Origin: Nemertoderma westbladi
Lineage: Eukaryota > Animalia > Xenacoelomorpha
DNA: 64,000 nt
Assembly (NCBI GenBank): GCA_032718475.1
Contig: JAUCBJ010004054.1
Span: 998 to 64,997 of the forward strand
Direction: 5' to 3'
The notes beneath the pieces were generated by a model, which was not told the origin of the DNA, searched no databases, and was given only the letters and a program-made list of their open reading frames with translations. Shown here in pieces: positions 26,043 through 38,358 of this stretch. Each line of letters starts with the position of its first letter. The first letter of the stretch is position 1. The translations under genes and the position numbers were made by a program.

Positions 26043-29000
26043 TTTGACTCGATACCCACCTACCGACTATGACTCGTGCGACCCGGACAGATCGACAGTA
26101 GACGAACCGAGAAGGAGAACCCGAGATTCTACCGTCACATCTATGTCACACCGCGTGCGTCGCCAGTACCCCGAACGGAAATACTGGAAGCCGCAACGCG
26201 TGGCGATGGCAGAATCAAAGATTTCCTTACCGTCCCGCAGACCAGATCGTTGGAACCAGACATGGTAAGCTTGGCCGGAAGCCAAGAAAATGTTATTAGG
26301 AGTATAGGAGGACACATGGGCCAGATAACTTGAAACTTTGGAGAAGGTTTTTGCGTTTTACGCGAGTTAACCGCCCCGATGTCGAGATACTAGTTCTACA
26401 CCTTACAGGTAAGGATAGAAAGTAGGGTACATGTTTTGGTAGATAAACTTAAAGGTTTACACGAACTTGCAGAGTTGCGTGGCGACAACTTTACTCAGGT
26501 AAAGATAATAAATAAGTTGGTAAGTGCGAGGGAAAGCCTCATCCAGTTTAAGTCAGTAATAAGATTGGCTCAACAGGAGCAGTTTGACCAACTGTTAGGT
26601 GAGTCAGTTTCGGATGCGTTATTGCAACCTGAAGAGGAAGAATAACTTTATCGCCTGGACGGGAGGTTAGGGACGCTCACCAATTTCCTTCGTAGATACG
26701 GCGTACCGATCGAAGAACCGGAAGTCGAACAGCGAGGGACGACGGAAGTTCTAACTACGGAAGGCTTGCGAGCCTACCAAATTCCACAACTGGATAGATC
26801 ATTCGTTAGTGTACGGAGCGATGTTGGCGACGTTAGTAAGGGGGCGTCTGTAATTACTCGACAACAACAGGAAGTCGCACGCCGACAACAAGTCGCCGAG
26901 GAAGAAACGCAATGACAATTGGCGCAGATTGCGACGGAAGGAGAAAGACAGCGACAAGAAGATGAAGCGAGAATTGCGAAACTCCAGGCTCAAGCCGAAT
27001 TCGAAGCCTCGGAAATGTGGAGACTGGAGGAGGGCTTGGCGCAAGAAGCGGCCGCGGCGGCAGCAGCGGACAAGTTAGCACGAGTTGCGGCAGTAAACGC
27101 AGCTGAGTTAGCACGGAAGAAAGCAGCATCTGATGCTCATGCCAAGTTGGAGGTGCGACAAATAAACGCTCGTCTAGCTATACAAGAAGTGGAGCGAGCA
27201 GCACAACAACAGGTAGCCGATCGACGCGAAAGGGAGATGCGGCTCCAATTCGAACTAGGTCGCAGATCGCGCGAGGCAGCGAACGTGCAAGAAGACCTCG
27301 AACTCGACGCGAGAGACAGATCTATAAGGTCTCAAGCTAGACATGACTTGATACTTGACATGGAGACTCGATATCGCGGGATTCAAAGATGAATCGAGGA
27401 AGGAAGTGTGGGAGCAATAAATCGAGGGGAGGAGTTCGTCGAGGATTACTGTAAACGTTTTCCCCAAGTGATTCCTATGCTCAAACCCACAACGCCGATA
27501 AAACTGGTTTTAGTTGCAAAACCTAAAGAAATATCACCTGTGCGCTCAACGCAAGGTAACAGGTTTGTTGTGACAGAAATACCGCAACCTAGAGCGACGT
27601 CATCGCCGATTTTAGCAGGTAAAGTAAGTAGTCCACCTACAGTAAGCCGTAGTCTACTTGTAGGAAGAGAGGAACCTGTATTTATGACAGTTAAGCAGGT
27701 AAGTAAGTTAAACCTGTAACGTGCTGCGCGAATCCAGTCATTTACAGACCGACTACGAACCCTGACTGCTTTATTCGACCTTTGACACACTGTGTAACAA
27801 GACCTACGACTTCGTGGAAGGCTTGCGCGCCTACCGAACGACGAAGAACCGAGGACGCCGAATGAAGACGGACGCAACCGAAGAAAATACCTAAAGAGGT
27901 GAAGTCTCTATAGGGGTGTTTTCAACAGGCGGCGGCGGACTCGTGAGGGTCTGGGGGCACGTTAAATTGGTTGTATAGTGCTAGGGAGTCACTGAAGGCC
28001 CTCGTGTCTAGCGAACCATGAATCGACATGGTGCCGTGGTACCATCTAGTCGGCCTGTTGCCGTACTGCCAGTCCTGTACACAGTAGGGGTGGTGGCATG
28101 GCGTGATTTGTGGTTCATGTGGCGTGAACTATGTTTTGTATGTGAGCGATCAGTGGCAGTTTGCTTGGTTCCTTTGGCCATCAGCTGTTCCATTTTTTTG
28201 ATACTATATGTTATTGTCTCCATGTTCAGCTGATTGGTCTTTGGGATTTGTTCGGGTCTTTGAGCTTTCTGTTGCTGTGGGTATGTGAGTACACGTGATT
28301 GTATGTGTGGCCACTGCGAGTGAGTATGGGAACCCTTGCCAGTTGGTCCAGACGCCGCTGGTATTAGTAGGACCATATCTCTACTGCGCCCTGACGGCAA
28401 AATAAGGTACTCTCGACTCTTTATGAGTCGATACAACTTTGTCCCCTCTGATTTGTCACCGATTTTGTCTTTCACGATTTTGTCTTCTGTGTGTGCATGG
28501 TATGTGTTCGATTTTGTGCTTACCGTTGTGTACTTGATTTTGTGAACATCTGTTGAGTACATATGTACAGTGACTGGTAAGTGGTTACTTGTTCAGTAGC
28601 TTTTGAGCTACAGACAGTATTGTCTTTTCAATACTGCCGGCGAGGCAGGTGAAAACGAGTCAAAATTCCAATGTTGGGTAGCGCAAGCCCGCTTGGGACA
28701 AGACCGTCGGTTAGGCCCAAGGGCGACCTTGGTGCTCGATTGCTATCGACTGGTCCACCTGCCGGTTGACTCTTTGAGTTGGCTCAATGTACAGTCAGGC
28801 CACAGTAAGTTGACAGTAGCTGACTACATCTGGCTACACGTTCGACGAGCTGTGCCGGTGTGATCGGGGGACCGAAAACAGAACCCGGGAAGCATCGGGC
28901 CACCCTGCGGCCCGGTTGTAAGGACCGACTGATAGAAATGTCAGTAGGACTGGCCCCCGGGATGGTGGAAACACGTCCGCCTCATGGGTGAGCCTCCGAG

Positions 29001-31200
29001 AGGAGTCCAGAAGGACGAAAGCGAATACACCGGACGCGAACCCGCCAACCACCTTATCCGGACGACAGCGATTCATCTAGTGACTCGGAGTCGACGGAAT
29101 GGGAAATATTCCGTACTGGAGTGGCGGATGATTACAAACGAGAGGAGAGATCGACAAATCCTTATATCGACAATCCTCCGCGAGAAACACCCCTATAGAA
29201 ACCCAAGTTGCAACCAGCGGAAGCGATTAGCGCCAAACAGTTCACTGAGATGGTGGACCGACTGCTCAACTTGAAGAGCGACTTGAAGCGCAACCGTCAG
29301 ATCGATCACGAACCAGCATGGAGTTGGAACGACCTAGACAACATCGACCACCACGGAGAGAACAGGAGACTAGACAGACTCCGAACCATCGAGAAGAAGA
29401 TCCCGTTAATATTTCTTACCGACGGATAACGCGCGGAAGGGAATCACTGGACGACGTAACCGAACAGGGACGCGGACAGTTGGATTTAGTTAGCGAGATT
29501 GCGAAGTTTGCGGCCAGACATGGATTACCGGCACAACAACCACCGAAGTTCTCTGGCAACGCAAAGCACTGGTGTTCGTTGGTAGACTACGTAGAGTCCC
29601 AGATCGCTAAGTGTGCCTTCGCCTCGACGGAAAAGTTTAACTACTTGCTCCAAGTACTGCCTGGTGAGCCGAAACGATTAGCGGAAACCTTTATTGGAGT
29701 TCCGAATGCTTTTGAGTTGGCGTACAACCGCTTGTTTTCGATTTACGGCGGCAACGTAGCCATGGCTAAATCTATTATCGAAGACCTCTGTAGAGGAGGA
29801 AGCATTTCGAAACCGATCGATCTTCTACGACTCACGGACGAAATCAAGAACGCTATAGGGACCTTACGGTCCATCGGACAACTCGAGTACTCCAACGCAC
29901 CGATAGTTCTAATTAGGATAATCGGTCGACTCCATCATCGATTACGACGGGAATGGCGACGTATTGAGTATCAGCGTGAAGAGACCGGCGGGCTATTAAA
30001 ACTTACCGACGTCTACCAATTGATTTCGTGAGAGGCCGTTGTTGAAACTCGATCAAACTACACTGACCACCATATAACGGCAGAAAGAATAGCTATTGCT
30101 GCGCCGAATCGGACCAAACCATTTCCGACGAACGTGAAAGCCGTGACTTATGCCACCCCTACGGAAACTTCTAAAGTTCTGACGCCTATCGGCACCAAGC
30201 AGCCACGACAACAGTTGCCGGCGGATGTTGTGGGATGTCCATATTGCGAATGGAATGGCAGAAACCACAGCAGACATAAACTACGTGCATGTCGCGCCTT
30301 TAGAGAGTTGTGAGTTGAAGAAAGAAGACTCCAAATTCGACCATTGGATTCTTGTTGGAGATGTACCAGGCCTGGACACGTCCGGAAGGATTGCACGAGC
30401 GACGATACATGTCCTCTATGTGGACGTAACCACGACGCGTTACTCCACATGAATAGTCATACTCCGACCAAACGCTTTCGACGAGAGCATCCAGATAAAG
30501 CGGCTAGATGCGACGCACTTTATAAGGAGCGTGAGCTGCGCGAGATTCGTACGTTCTATACTGACTGTATGGATCAATCCGGATCATCGGACGAGGACGA
30601 GGAGGAAGACGACACCTTTTACGTGCATGCTGGGGAGGAACAACCATCGATAGCACTCCTCACACAGAACCAATTGAAAGGGTTTAGCATGATTCCTATA
30701 AAGATTACCGGAACCCGATAGAGCAGGCGTATATACGCTATCTTAGACTCTGCGTCATCGCATAGTTACGTCGACGAACAAGTAGCCGACGTAGTTACTG
30801 ACATGAGTAAAGGTAAGACTGCTCAGTATACTGTAAGCAGCATGCATGGTAAGAGAGCGATTCCTGTGACGAGAGTAAAATTAACCTTAGACAGTCTTCT
30901 TTCCAAAGCGGAACACAGCAAGGAGGAGCGCTCATTACTTCCGGGAAGAAATTTGACCTTTGCAGCTACGAAGGACCTTAGTAACTTGCTCGGCCCTGTG
31001 CCAGAGCAATCACCGGAAGATCGTAAGTATTTCCGACACCTTGGAATACCGGAATGTCCTGTTAACTATCGCTCAATCGCGATGTTGATTGGGACAGACC
31101 AGTTTAACTTACATCAGGTATGGGAGACATGCCCATCTGTTATTACAGCGGGCAACCCCTACGCATGTAGAACTCCCATAGGTTGGTATACTATCGGAAA
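24755..31200 (+). mobile_element. BEL/Pao LTR retrotransposon, 5' part (putative LTR, gag, protease), truncated before RT
   Basis: Begins TGTTAA at the satellite edge. Contains the Pao gag motif PKFSGN...EKFNYL, three CCHC-type knuckles (CPYC..H..C; CWRC...GH...C; CPLCGRNHDALLH), the protease motif AILDSASSHSYV and LIGTD...RTPIGW. Many stops and frameshifts. Confidence 0.9.
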
Positions 31201-31590
31201 TATAGAATAGTAGGTAGGTACTCGGAAATAGAGAATAGTAGGTTGGTAATCGGAAATAGAGAATAGTAGGTAGGTACTGGGAATTAGAGAATAGTAGGTA
31301 CGTACTGGGAAATAGAGAATAGTAGGTAGGTACGGGGAAATAGAGAATAGCAGGTAGGTATGGGGAAATAGAGAATAGTAGGTAGGTACGCGGAAATAGA
31401 GAATAGTAGGTAGGTAATCGGAAATAGAGAATAGTAGGTAGGTACTGGGAAATAGAGAATGGTAGGTAGGTACGGGGAAATAGATAATAGTAGGTAGGTA
31501 TTGGGAAATAGAGAATAGTAGGTAGGTACGGGGAAATAGAGAATAGTAGGTAGGTAATCAGAAATAGAGAATAGTAGGTAGGTAATCGGA
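31193..31590. repeat. 28-bp satellite in inverted orientation, about 14 copies
   Basis: gagaatagtaggtaggtactgggaaata units are the reverse complement of the 18900-24754 unit. Confidence 0.95.
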
Positions 31591-32985
31591 ACGTGAAATG
31601 GGGCCGATTTCATGCATATCAGAGATGGTGAAAACCATGGGCGGTTTCCTTGGTTACAACATGTCGATTTGATTGGTTTCCACGTTGAACAGCTAAAAGC
31701 TGGGCCTGCAGTGTAGTTTCCATTTTCAAAGTTTGTTTGTCGTTCTGCACGAAACTGACGGTTTTCTTCGAGAACAGACGGTTTTAGAATTCCTGGGTCT
31801 AGTTCTACAATGTCTTCTACTAAGGTGTTGCACTTGGTAATATGGTGAGCCAAGGTAGCTGACGAGTTAGATGGCAGACAAAGGAGGCGTTTAAGAAATT
31901 TAGATTTAATTTTATCCATCTCCTTTAATTTTGCGAGAGTAAAATATTCAGCAATTTCAGGGAAGCTGTATAAATTTTCATTTTGAAAATTTTTAAGCCA
32001 GTTTCAATAGAGGCGAGATGGATATGCCTGAGGCAACCTATTAATGAGTAAGAGTGTTGCTTCTTGTTTTCTATATGCTGTGTGAAACACAGTGTAGGCT
32101 GGAGAGTGATTCCCAGATAAACATACCTGTTGCTAACTTCAACTGGCTCGCCGCCGTAAAAGAATTTGTCTTGGGTGGCCAGTCTACCGCCTCTTCGGAA
32201 CTTCATTATTTAGTCTTGTCCAAATTTAGACTCATTTTGTTATTCTTGCACCAGAGATATAACTCACCTAGCCCGGATTGGACAGCTGATTTGTCCGTTG
32301 AATAAAGAACCAAAAAGTCTGCAAAGATAATGAACAGTATGGTAGATCCAATGCGACGTAAACATGAAGCCAGATTAGATATAAACATCACAAAAGCGTT
32401 TGGAGAGAAACAGTCACCCTGTAAGATACCTCGTAGCTGTTTAACGGGTGATGAATACCGAACTCCGTCATATATTTTAATCGAGTTGTTGAGAATTCCT
32501 TTAATTAGACAATATAGATTCCCTTTGATATTGAACTGTGTATAAGTTTTCAATAAGAGGATTTTCCGATCTACCATGTTGAAAGCTTTCCTGAAATCAA
32601 TGAAAGCTGCAGTAATCATGGCTATTCCGCGGTAATTACCTGGGTTTGATGTACTTCCCTTACCCCCTTGTATAGTACTTTAATCAAGCTCATTCTCCAA
32701 GAGGATGGAATCGAACCAATCTTTAAACACGTATTGAACAAAAGAACTAGAATTGTTAGCAGATACGGCAGCGATGTCTTTATATGTTCATAAAAAATCC
32801 TATCTAAACCACACGCCTTTCCATTTGCTGTTCTTTTGACTGCTTCCTCAACTTCATCATCATTGATCGAGTTATTAAACCATTCATCTGAGTTGTTTTC
32901 TTCACAGTTAGGTTCTGCTAAGTTGTATTCACTATTGAACGATTCTTCTGTGTCTCCAATTAAACCTTGGAAGTGGTCATTGTTC
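31591..32985 (-). mobile_element. Degenerate CR1/L2-group LINE RT fragment
   Basis: KACGLD, PGNYRGIA, FIDFRKAF, QGDCFSP, FAD, LNLDKTK, YVYLG and a C-terminal HGFHH. It is frameshifted, internally deleted and cut at its 3' end by the satellite. Confidence 0.88.
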
Positions 32986-33177
32986 TATTTTGCAGTTAGA
33001 ATTACAATTATAAGTTAATTAAGTTATTGGGATCTTATGTTGGATTTGATTTTAATATACCGATACTGCAGTATTGTATACTGTAAACTGTAAAGGTACC
33101 CTGACTGGCAACGAGACTGCACTGACCTGAACTGACTGAACAGGGCTGGCAAGTTGCAGTAATCAGGCAACAAAACA

Positions 33178-35967
33178 ATGCCATCCCTCTACCGTACACC
33201 GTTAAAGGGGAAACGACCAGAACCCGGTCCTAAAAGTCGACTACCACGCCCCAGCACCTGCATTAACTCAACTACCGCGTCAACGACCTCTCTATCTAGC
33301 ACCTTGACGACCCGGTCCGGGACAATGGCGTCGACGACTTCGTCCGGGTCCGGGACAACGGCTCCTCATTCCTCCGGTTTATCAAGCACCTCGGCCACTC
33401 CGTCCGGGACAATGGCATCGATCGGCGGACGGCGAATTTCCTGTTCCTCCGGTTTATCGACCACACCGTCCATGACAACGGCGTCGATGACTCCTCCTTC
33501 ATCCGGTTTATCAAGCTCGAGCACCACGACTACTCTGTCCGGGACAACGGCGTCGACGACTACACCTTCCTCCGGTTTATCGAGCACCTCGACCACTCCG
33601 TCCAGGACAACGGCGCCGATGACTCCGACAGGGACAGCGGCGTTGACGACTCCGTCCGGGATAATGGCGTCTATGGCTCCTCCTTCCTTCGGTTTATTGA
33701 GCTCGAGCACCTCGACTACTCCGTCCGGAACAACGGCGTCGATCAGTTTATCGAGCTCGAGCACCTCGACTACTCCGTCCGGGACAACGGCGTCGATGAC
33801 TCCGCCTTCCTCAGGTTTATCGAGCTCGAGCACCTCGACTACTCCGTCCGGGACATTGGCGTCGATGACTCCGCTTTCCTCCGGTTTATCGAGCTCGAGC
33901 ACCTCGACTACTCCGTCCGGCACAACGGCATCGATGACTCCGCCTTCCTACGGTATATCCAGCTCGAGCACCTCAACTACTCCGTCCAGGACAATGGCGT
34001 CGATGACTGCTCTTTCCTCCGGTTTATTGAGCTCGAGCACCTCGACTACTCCATTTGGGACAACGGCGTCGATGACTCCTCCTTCCTGCGGTTTATTGAG
34101 CCCGAGCATCTTGACTACTCCGTCCGGGACAACGGCGTCGATGACTCCTCCTTCCTCCGGTTTATCGAGCTCGAGCACCTCGACTACTCCGTCTGGGACA
34201 ATGGCGTTGATGACTCCTCCTTCCTCCGGTTTATCGAGCTCGAGCACCTCGACTACTCCGTCTGGGACAACGGCGTTGATGACTCCTCCTTCCTCCGGTC
34301 TATCAAGCTCGAGCACCTCGACTACCCCGTCCGGGACAACGGCGTCGATGACTCCTCCGTCCTCCGGTTTATCGGGCACCTCGATTACTCTGTCCGGGAA
34401 AACGGCGTCGATGACTCCGCCTTCCTCCTGTTTATTGAGCACCTTGACTACTCCATCCTGGACAGCGATGAGTACCTCGGTCGACTCTGACAATCCTTCT
34501 GCGACTCACGCAGGAAATCCCCCGAGAACCCCGGCTCAGATAGGCCCGGGCAACCATACAGCCCGTGACCTGAGCTGGTGGCCCCTGCAGTCAGACCGTT
34601 ACCACACCTTGGATGGTCTGCCTGAGCAAACTATCCAGACTCTACCCGCAGGAAATCCCCCGGGAACCCCGGCTCAGATAGGCCCGGGCAACCATACAGC
34701 CCATGACCTGAGCTGGGGGCCCCTGCAGTCAGACCGTTACCACACCTTGGATGGTCTGCCTGAGCAAACTACCCGGACTCTACCCGCAAAGGAAACAGAG
34801 GTGCATAATATCAATTTGGGGTTGGTTGATAACTATGCAGGGCTACCGGTAAGCACTGTATCCAATAGTAGTACATGTAACTCGGTGAACACTACTGTTG
34901 TTATAAACTCACACAGCCCAGCTCTACGTTACACAGGGAGTTTGGGGGAACCTGACCAATGTTACAATGTCCCTACGCATACAGAGAGTTTGGGTAAACC
35001 CACGGATTTTAATAACGTCTCTACACACACTAGGAGTTCGGGGGAACCTAACCAAAATTACAATGTCCCTACACACACAGGAAGTTTGGGGAAACCCATG
35101 AAATTTGATAACGTCCCTACACACACAGGGAGTTTGGGGGAACCCTACAATGTCCTAATAAACAGTGGACCCCATACGAGGAGCAAAGGCCGCCCCCCAA
35201 CTGATCGGAACAACAAGATGAAAAAGAAAAAGCTCATTAAAACGCACAACACGGGTTCTAAATGTAAAAAAGGTAAAACTAATGAAACCTTCGACGCAGG
35301 AAACATTGTTGATGAAACGGTATCTGTGTCCCCTGTAACAGCTGACGAAACTACAAAGGCACCCGCTGGAAACACAATTGATGAAACTCTATCTGCGTCT
35401 CCTGTAACAACTGATGAAACTCCTTCAGCGTCTCCTGCAACAACTGACGAAACTCTTTACGAAACCAGTGGAGATATTGCTGGGGAACCTGAAACGCCCG
35501 TAACAACTGATGACACTATACACGTAACCGTTGGAATCCCCACAGAGACTTCCCTGATGATACCTGTAACAACCGACGAACCTAACCCCACAACAGATGG
35601 GGACAGTCTTACATCGTCATCACTAGAAACAAAACGGCTCTCCACAGAGCCCACAATTTCTCAGAAACATGCACATAAAACAGTCGAGCTGATCGTAGTG
35701 GAAGACATTGACGGCAATGGAGATGTTACACGGCGACAATGCACTAACAATTCGTCCAGGGTGGTAGGCAAAGAATCACACAAGTTTCAACCTAACGTGG
35801 ATGCAGCTCCTTTCGAACCACCTCTTTCCTCAGGCGATGTTGCAAAAACAACACGCCTACACAGAAAAGAACCCCTCAACTCGAATGAACACAAGCACTT
35901 TTACCCTGACATCGAACATGGCTTTGACGAAGTATCAGTAATAATGGCCGCAACTAGAAGGGCTTAG
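33178..35967 (+). CDS. Ser/Thr/Pro-rich repeat protein, probable N-terminal part of the LINE ORF1
   Basis: 929-aa open frame starting at aaacaATG, with frame-preserving repeats of 63, 138 and 48 bp. Confidence 0.6.
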   Translation: MPSLYRTPLKGKRPEPGPKSRLPRPSTCINSTTASTTSLSSTLTTRSGTMASTTSSGSGTTAPHSSGLSSTSATPSGTMASIGGRRISCSSGLSTTPSMTTASMTPPSSGLSSSSTTTTLSGTTASTTTPSSGLSSTSTTPSRTTAPMTPTGTAALTTPSGIMASMAPPSFGLLSSSTSTTPSGTTASISLSSSSTSTTPSGTTASMTPPSSGLSSSSTSTTPSGTLASMTPLSSGLSSSSTSTTPSGTTASMTPPSYGISSSSTSTTPSRTMASMTALSSGLLSSSTSTTPFGTTASMTPPSCGLLSPSILTTPSGTTASMTPPSSGLSSSSTSTTPSGTMALMTPPSSGLSSSSTSTTPSGTTALMTPPSSGLSSSSTSTTPSGTTASMTPPSSGLSGTSITLSGKTASMTPPSSCLLSTLTTPSWTAMSTSVDSDNPSATHAGNPPRTPAQIGPGNHTARDLSWWPLQSDRYHTLDGLPEQTIQTLPAGNPPGTPAQIGPGNHTAHDLSWGPLQSDRYHTLDGLPEQTTRTLPAKETEVHNINLGLVDNYAGLPVSTVSNSSTCNSVNTTVVINSHSPALRYTGSLGEPDQCYNVPTHTESLGKPTDFNNVSTHTRSSGEPNQNYNVPTHTGSLGKPMKFDNVPTHTGSLGEPYNVLINSGPHTRSKGRPPTDRNNKMKKKKLIKTHNTGSKCKKGKTNETFDAGNIVDETVSVSPVTADETTKAPAGNTIDETLSASPVTTDETPSASPATTDETLYETSGDIAGEPETPVTTDDTIHVTVGIPTETSLMIPVTTDEPNPTTDGDSLTSSSLETKRLSTEPTISQKHAHKTVELIVVEDIDGNGDVTRRQCTNNSSRVVGKESHKFQPNVDAAPFEPPLSSGDVAKTTRLHRKEPLNSNEHKHFYPDIEHGFDEVSVIMAATRRA

Positions 35968-35999
35968 TTCTCCTACCACCGTGGGATAAAGAGTGGCGC

Positions 36000-36480
36000 A
36001 TGTTTGAGCCAAAGGTGAAACTTTCCACAACAATCATTGACTCATTCCTGTCAATCCTGTCAGTCGCTGCAGACAACATAGGTTGCATCGACTCGGGTCT
36101 CTGTACGAAGCTGCATCAACACGAATTTGACATAGCTAGCGCCGTCACTTACATCACTGCCTAAACTGTGACCCATTATCTACACCAATAATGTTATTCC
36201 CCGACTGTGACGATATCCACTTTGTACTACATGTCGCAAATATAGCTGAAAAATGTGTGTATACCCTCTGCAGTATGACTGACAAGAAACAACCTACAGC
36301 CGTAACCATCAGACTTTGCAGGTTACTTAACCTAATTGACAAAATAAATGACAATAGCACTAGACCATGGGTTACCCAGACCCATGTTTCATGATACCCC
36401 AATCAGGATACTGACAACGACTACGACTGTGGTGCTTTTCTGTGTTTATACGCTCTAGCTGTGGCTACTGGATCTGATTA
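36000..36480 (+). pseudogene. Ulp1/SENP-like (peptidase C48 clan) cysteine protease domain remnant
   Basis: MFEPKVKLSTTIIDSFLSIL ... IMLFPDCDDIHFVLHV ... NQDTDNDYDCGAFLCLYA, reconstructed across a frameshift and an in-frame TGA. Confidence 0.7.
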
Positions 36481-38358
36481 TATCCTCCCATTTTATGACA
36501 ACAGTGACGAGTTGCGGACATGGCTGAAGAAGTGCCTAAAAGATACCAAGATTGAGCAATTCATTCCTCTAACCTTGGGATACGGGGATCACAATGACTA
36601 TGATAACTTCACATCTAGCCCACATGCGGATTTCCTACTCAAAACACACAGTAAATCACTCTTCCCAAACTATGATGAATATGACCCCAGTCCACTCCTC
36701 AAAGAGCACAAGAAAAAGTGCCTGAAATCCCCTACAAGTATCAATTCAACACCAAGCCATAACAGCACAACATCAGCATCATGGCATATTCCGAGTCTAC
36801 TACAGCTTCCCAGAAAGGAAGCAATGAGACAACTCTCCGAAAAAGGCTTGGCAAGCAACACTACATACCGTGATTCATTATTCTTCAATGTCCAAAGGCT
36901 TATGTCTCCGACACAGATTACTGGCCTCCAACTCAAGCACCGTGGTTCACAACATGAGATCAACACAGACATACTGGAGCTCATGCGCTGCATTCACGAG
37001 CAGAGTTTCACAGAGGCCTGTCGGAAAAGATTGAGACAGACTACACCAAACATAGCCGAGGATAATGCAATAGATAACCTAAGGCGAGACCTGATATCTG
37101 TCACTGCAACCCTCCAGTCACGTATGTGCAGAATGGAATCAGACTACGATAACTTGAAAGCAGAACATATTAGGCTAACTGATGAAATAAACCATGAATG
37201 ACATACCCGACTTGTCTTGGAGGCACACATCTCCAAACTCCAAATGAAGGTTGAGGAGCTGTCCTCTTCAAGTGTAATCTCATTAGCATTCCATGGATGC
37301 TACCATAATTGACAATTAATGCAAAAGGTACATGGAATACATCTCCATCATTAAAAGAAACACCTAAATCCAGAAGCAGTAAGCATAACCCTATACACCA
37401 TACTTCGCAACTATCACAAAGGCAATCCGATGAGCCAGAATATGTTATAGTTGACTCGCTCACCACAGATAGTGAACCGGACTACCATGTAAGAAATGCA
37501 CATGAACACACAGCAGTGCCACCTGTTATTAAAGTCAACAGTCGGCTGAAGTCAAGTAAGACAGGATCAAAGGTCTTACATACATCAAGGTTAAGCAATC
37601 GATTTGATGTTCTACAGGACTCAGAGTCAGAAGCAGATATCAGTCACCACCAGAACATTGTCCCCAATTTAAATTCTAATAGGGGTGGGCTATATGAGAC
37701 TAACAATAGGGGTAGGCTATATGAGACTAACAATAGAAGTTCAGCCCTAGACCCAACCAAACCTCACAATATAGAAAAGGAATCTAGAAGAGTCCCAACA
37801 AACATACACCAAGATCGACAACACTGTGTCTACAAATCAGCCCTAGACCCAACAAAACCTCACAATATAGAAAAGGAATCTAGAAGAGTCCCAACAAACA
37901 TACACCCAGACACAACACCGTGTTTACAAATCCACACCCCGAGAAGAGTCACAGAAGCACATGGATAAAGCAGAGAGTGAGGGCACACAACTCTCAGGAA
38001 AACCTAACATGCAAATTTACACAGACCTGGAGTGTGCCCACTCTAGAAGGTTGGCCCACATCTATATAAAGGGTATTAAGTGAAGTTATCAACTTCCTAA
38101 ATCTCAGAAACATAAATGTTGACCGAATAACTACCAGAATTTACGGTGATACTAAGAACATGAAAGCTACAATCGATGCAAGTCACGTATCAGAAGCTCT
38201 CTCAGAAGGGTTTTGGCCTCAAGGAATAACATGTAGGGAATGGACTGTATACTCAACCACACAATCATATCCACATAGGCGCCATGCAGAAACAATAAAC
38301 CCACCTTACCGGTATCGTTTTTAATCGCAAGAAACAGAGGATATGGCTAAAGAAGCGA

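Noticed and set aside
33366-34493. Minus-strand VVPDGVVEVLELDKPEE ORFs
   Set aside because: These are antisense shadows of the 63-bp repeats. The plus frame is longer and collinear with the element.
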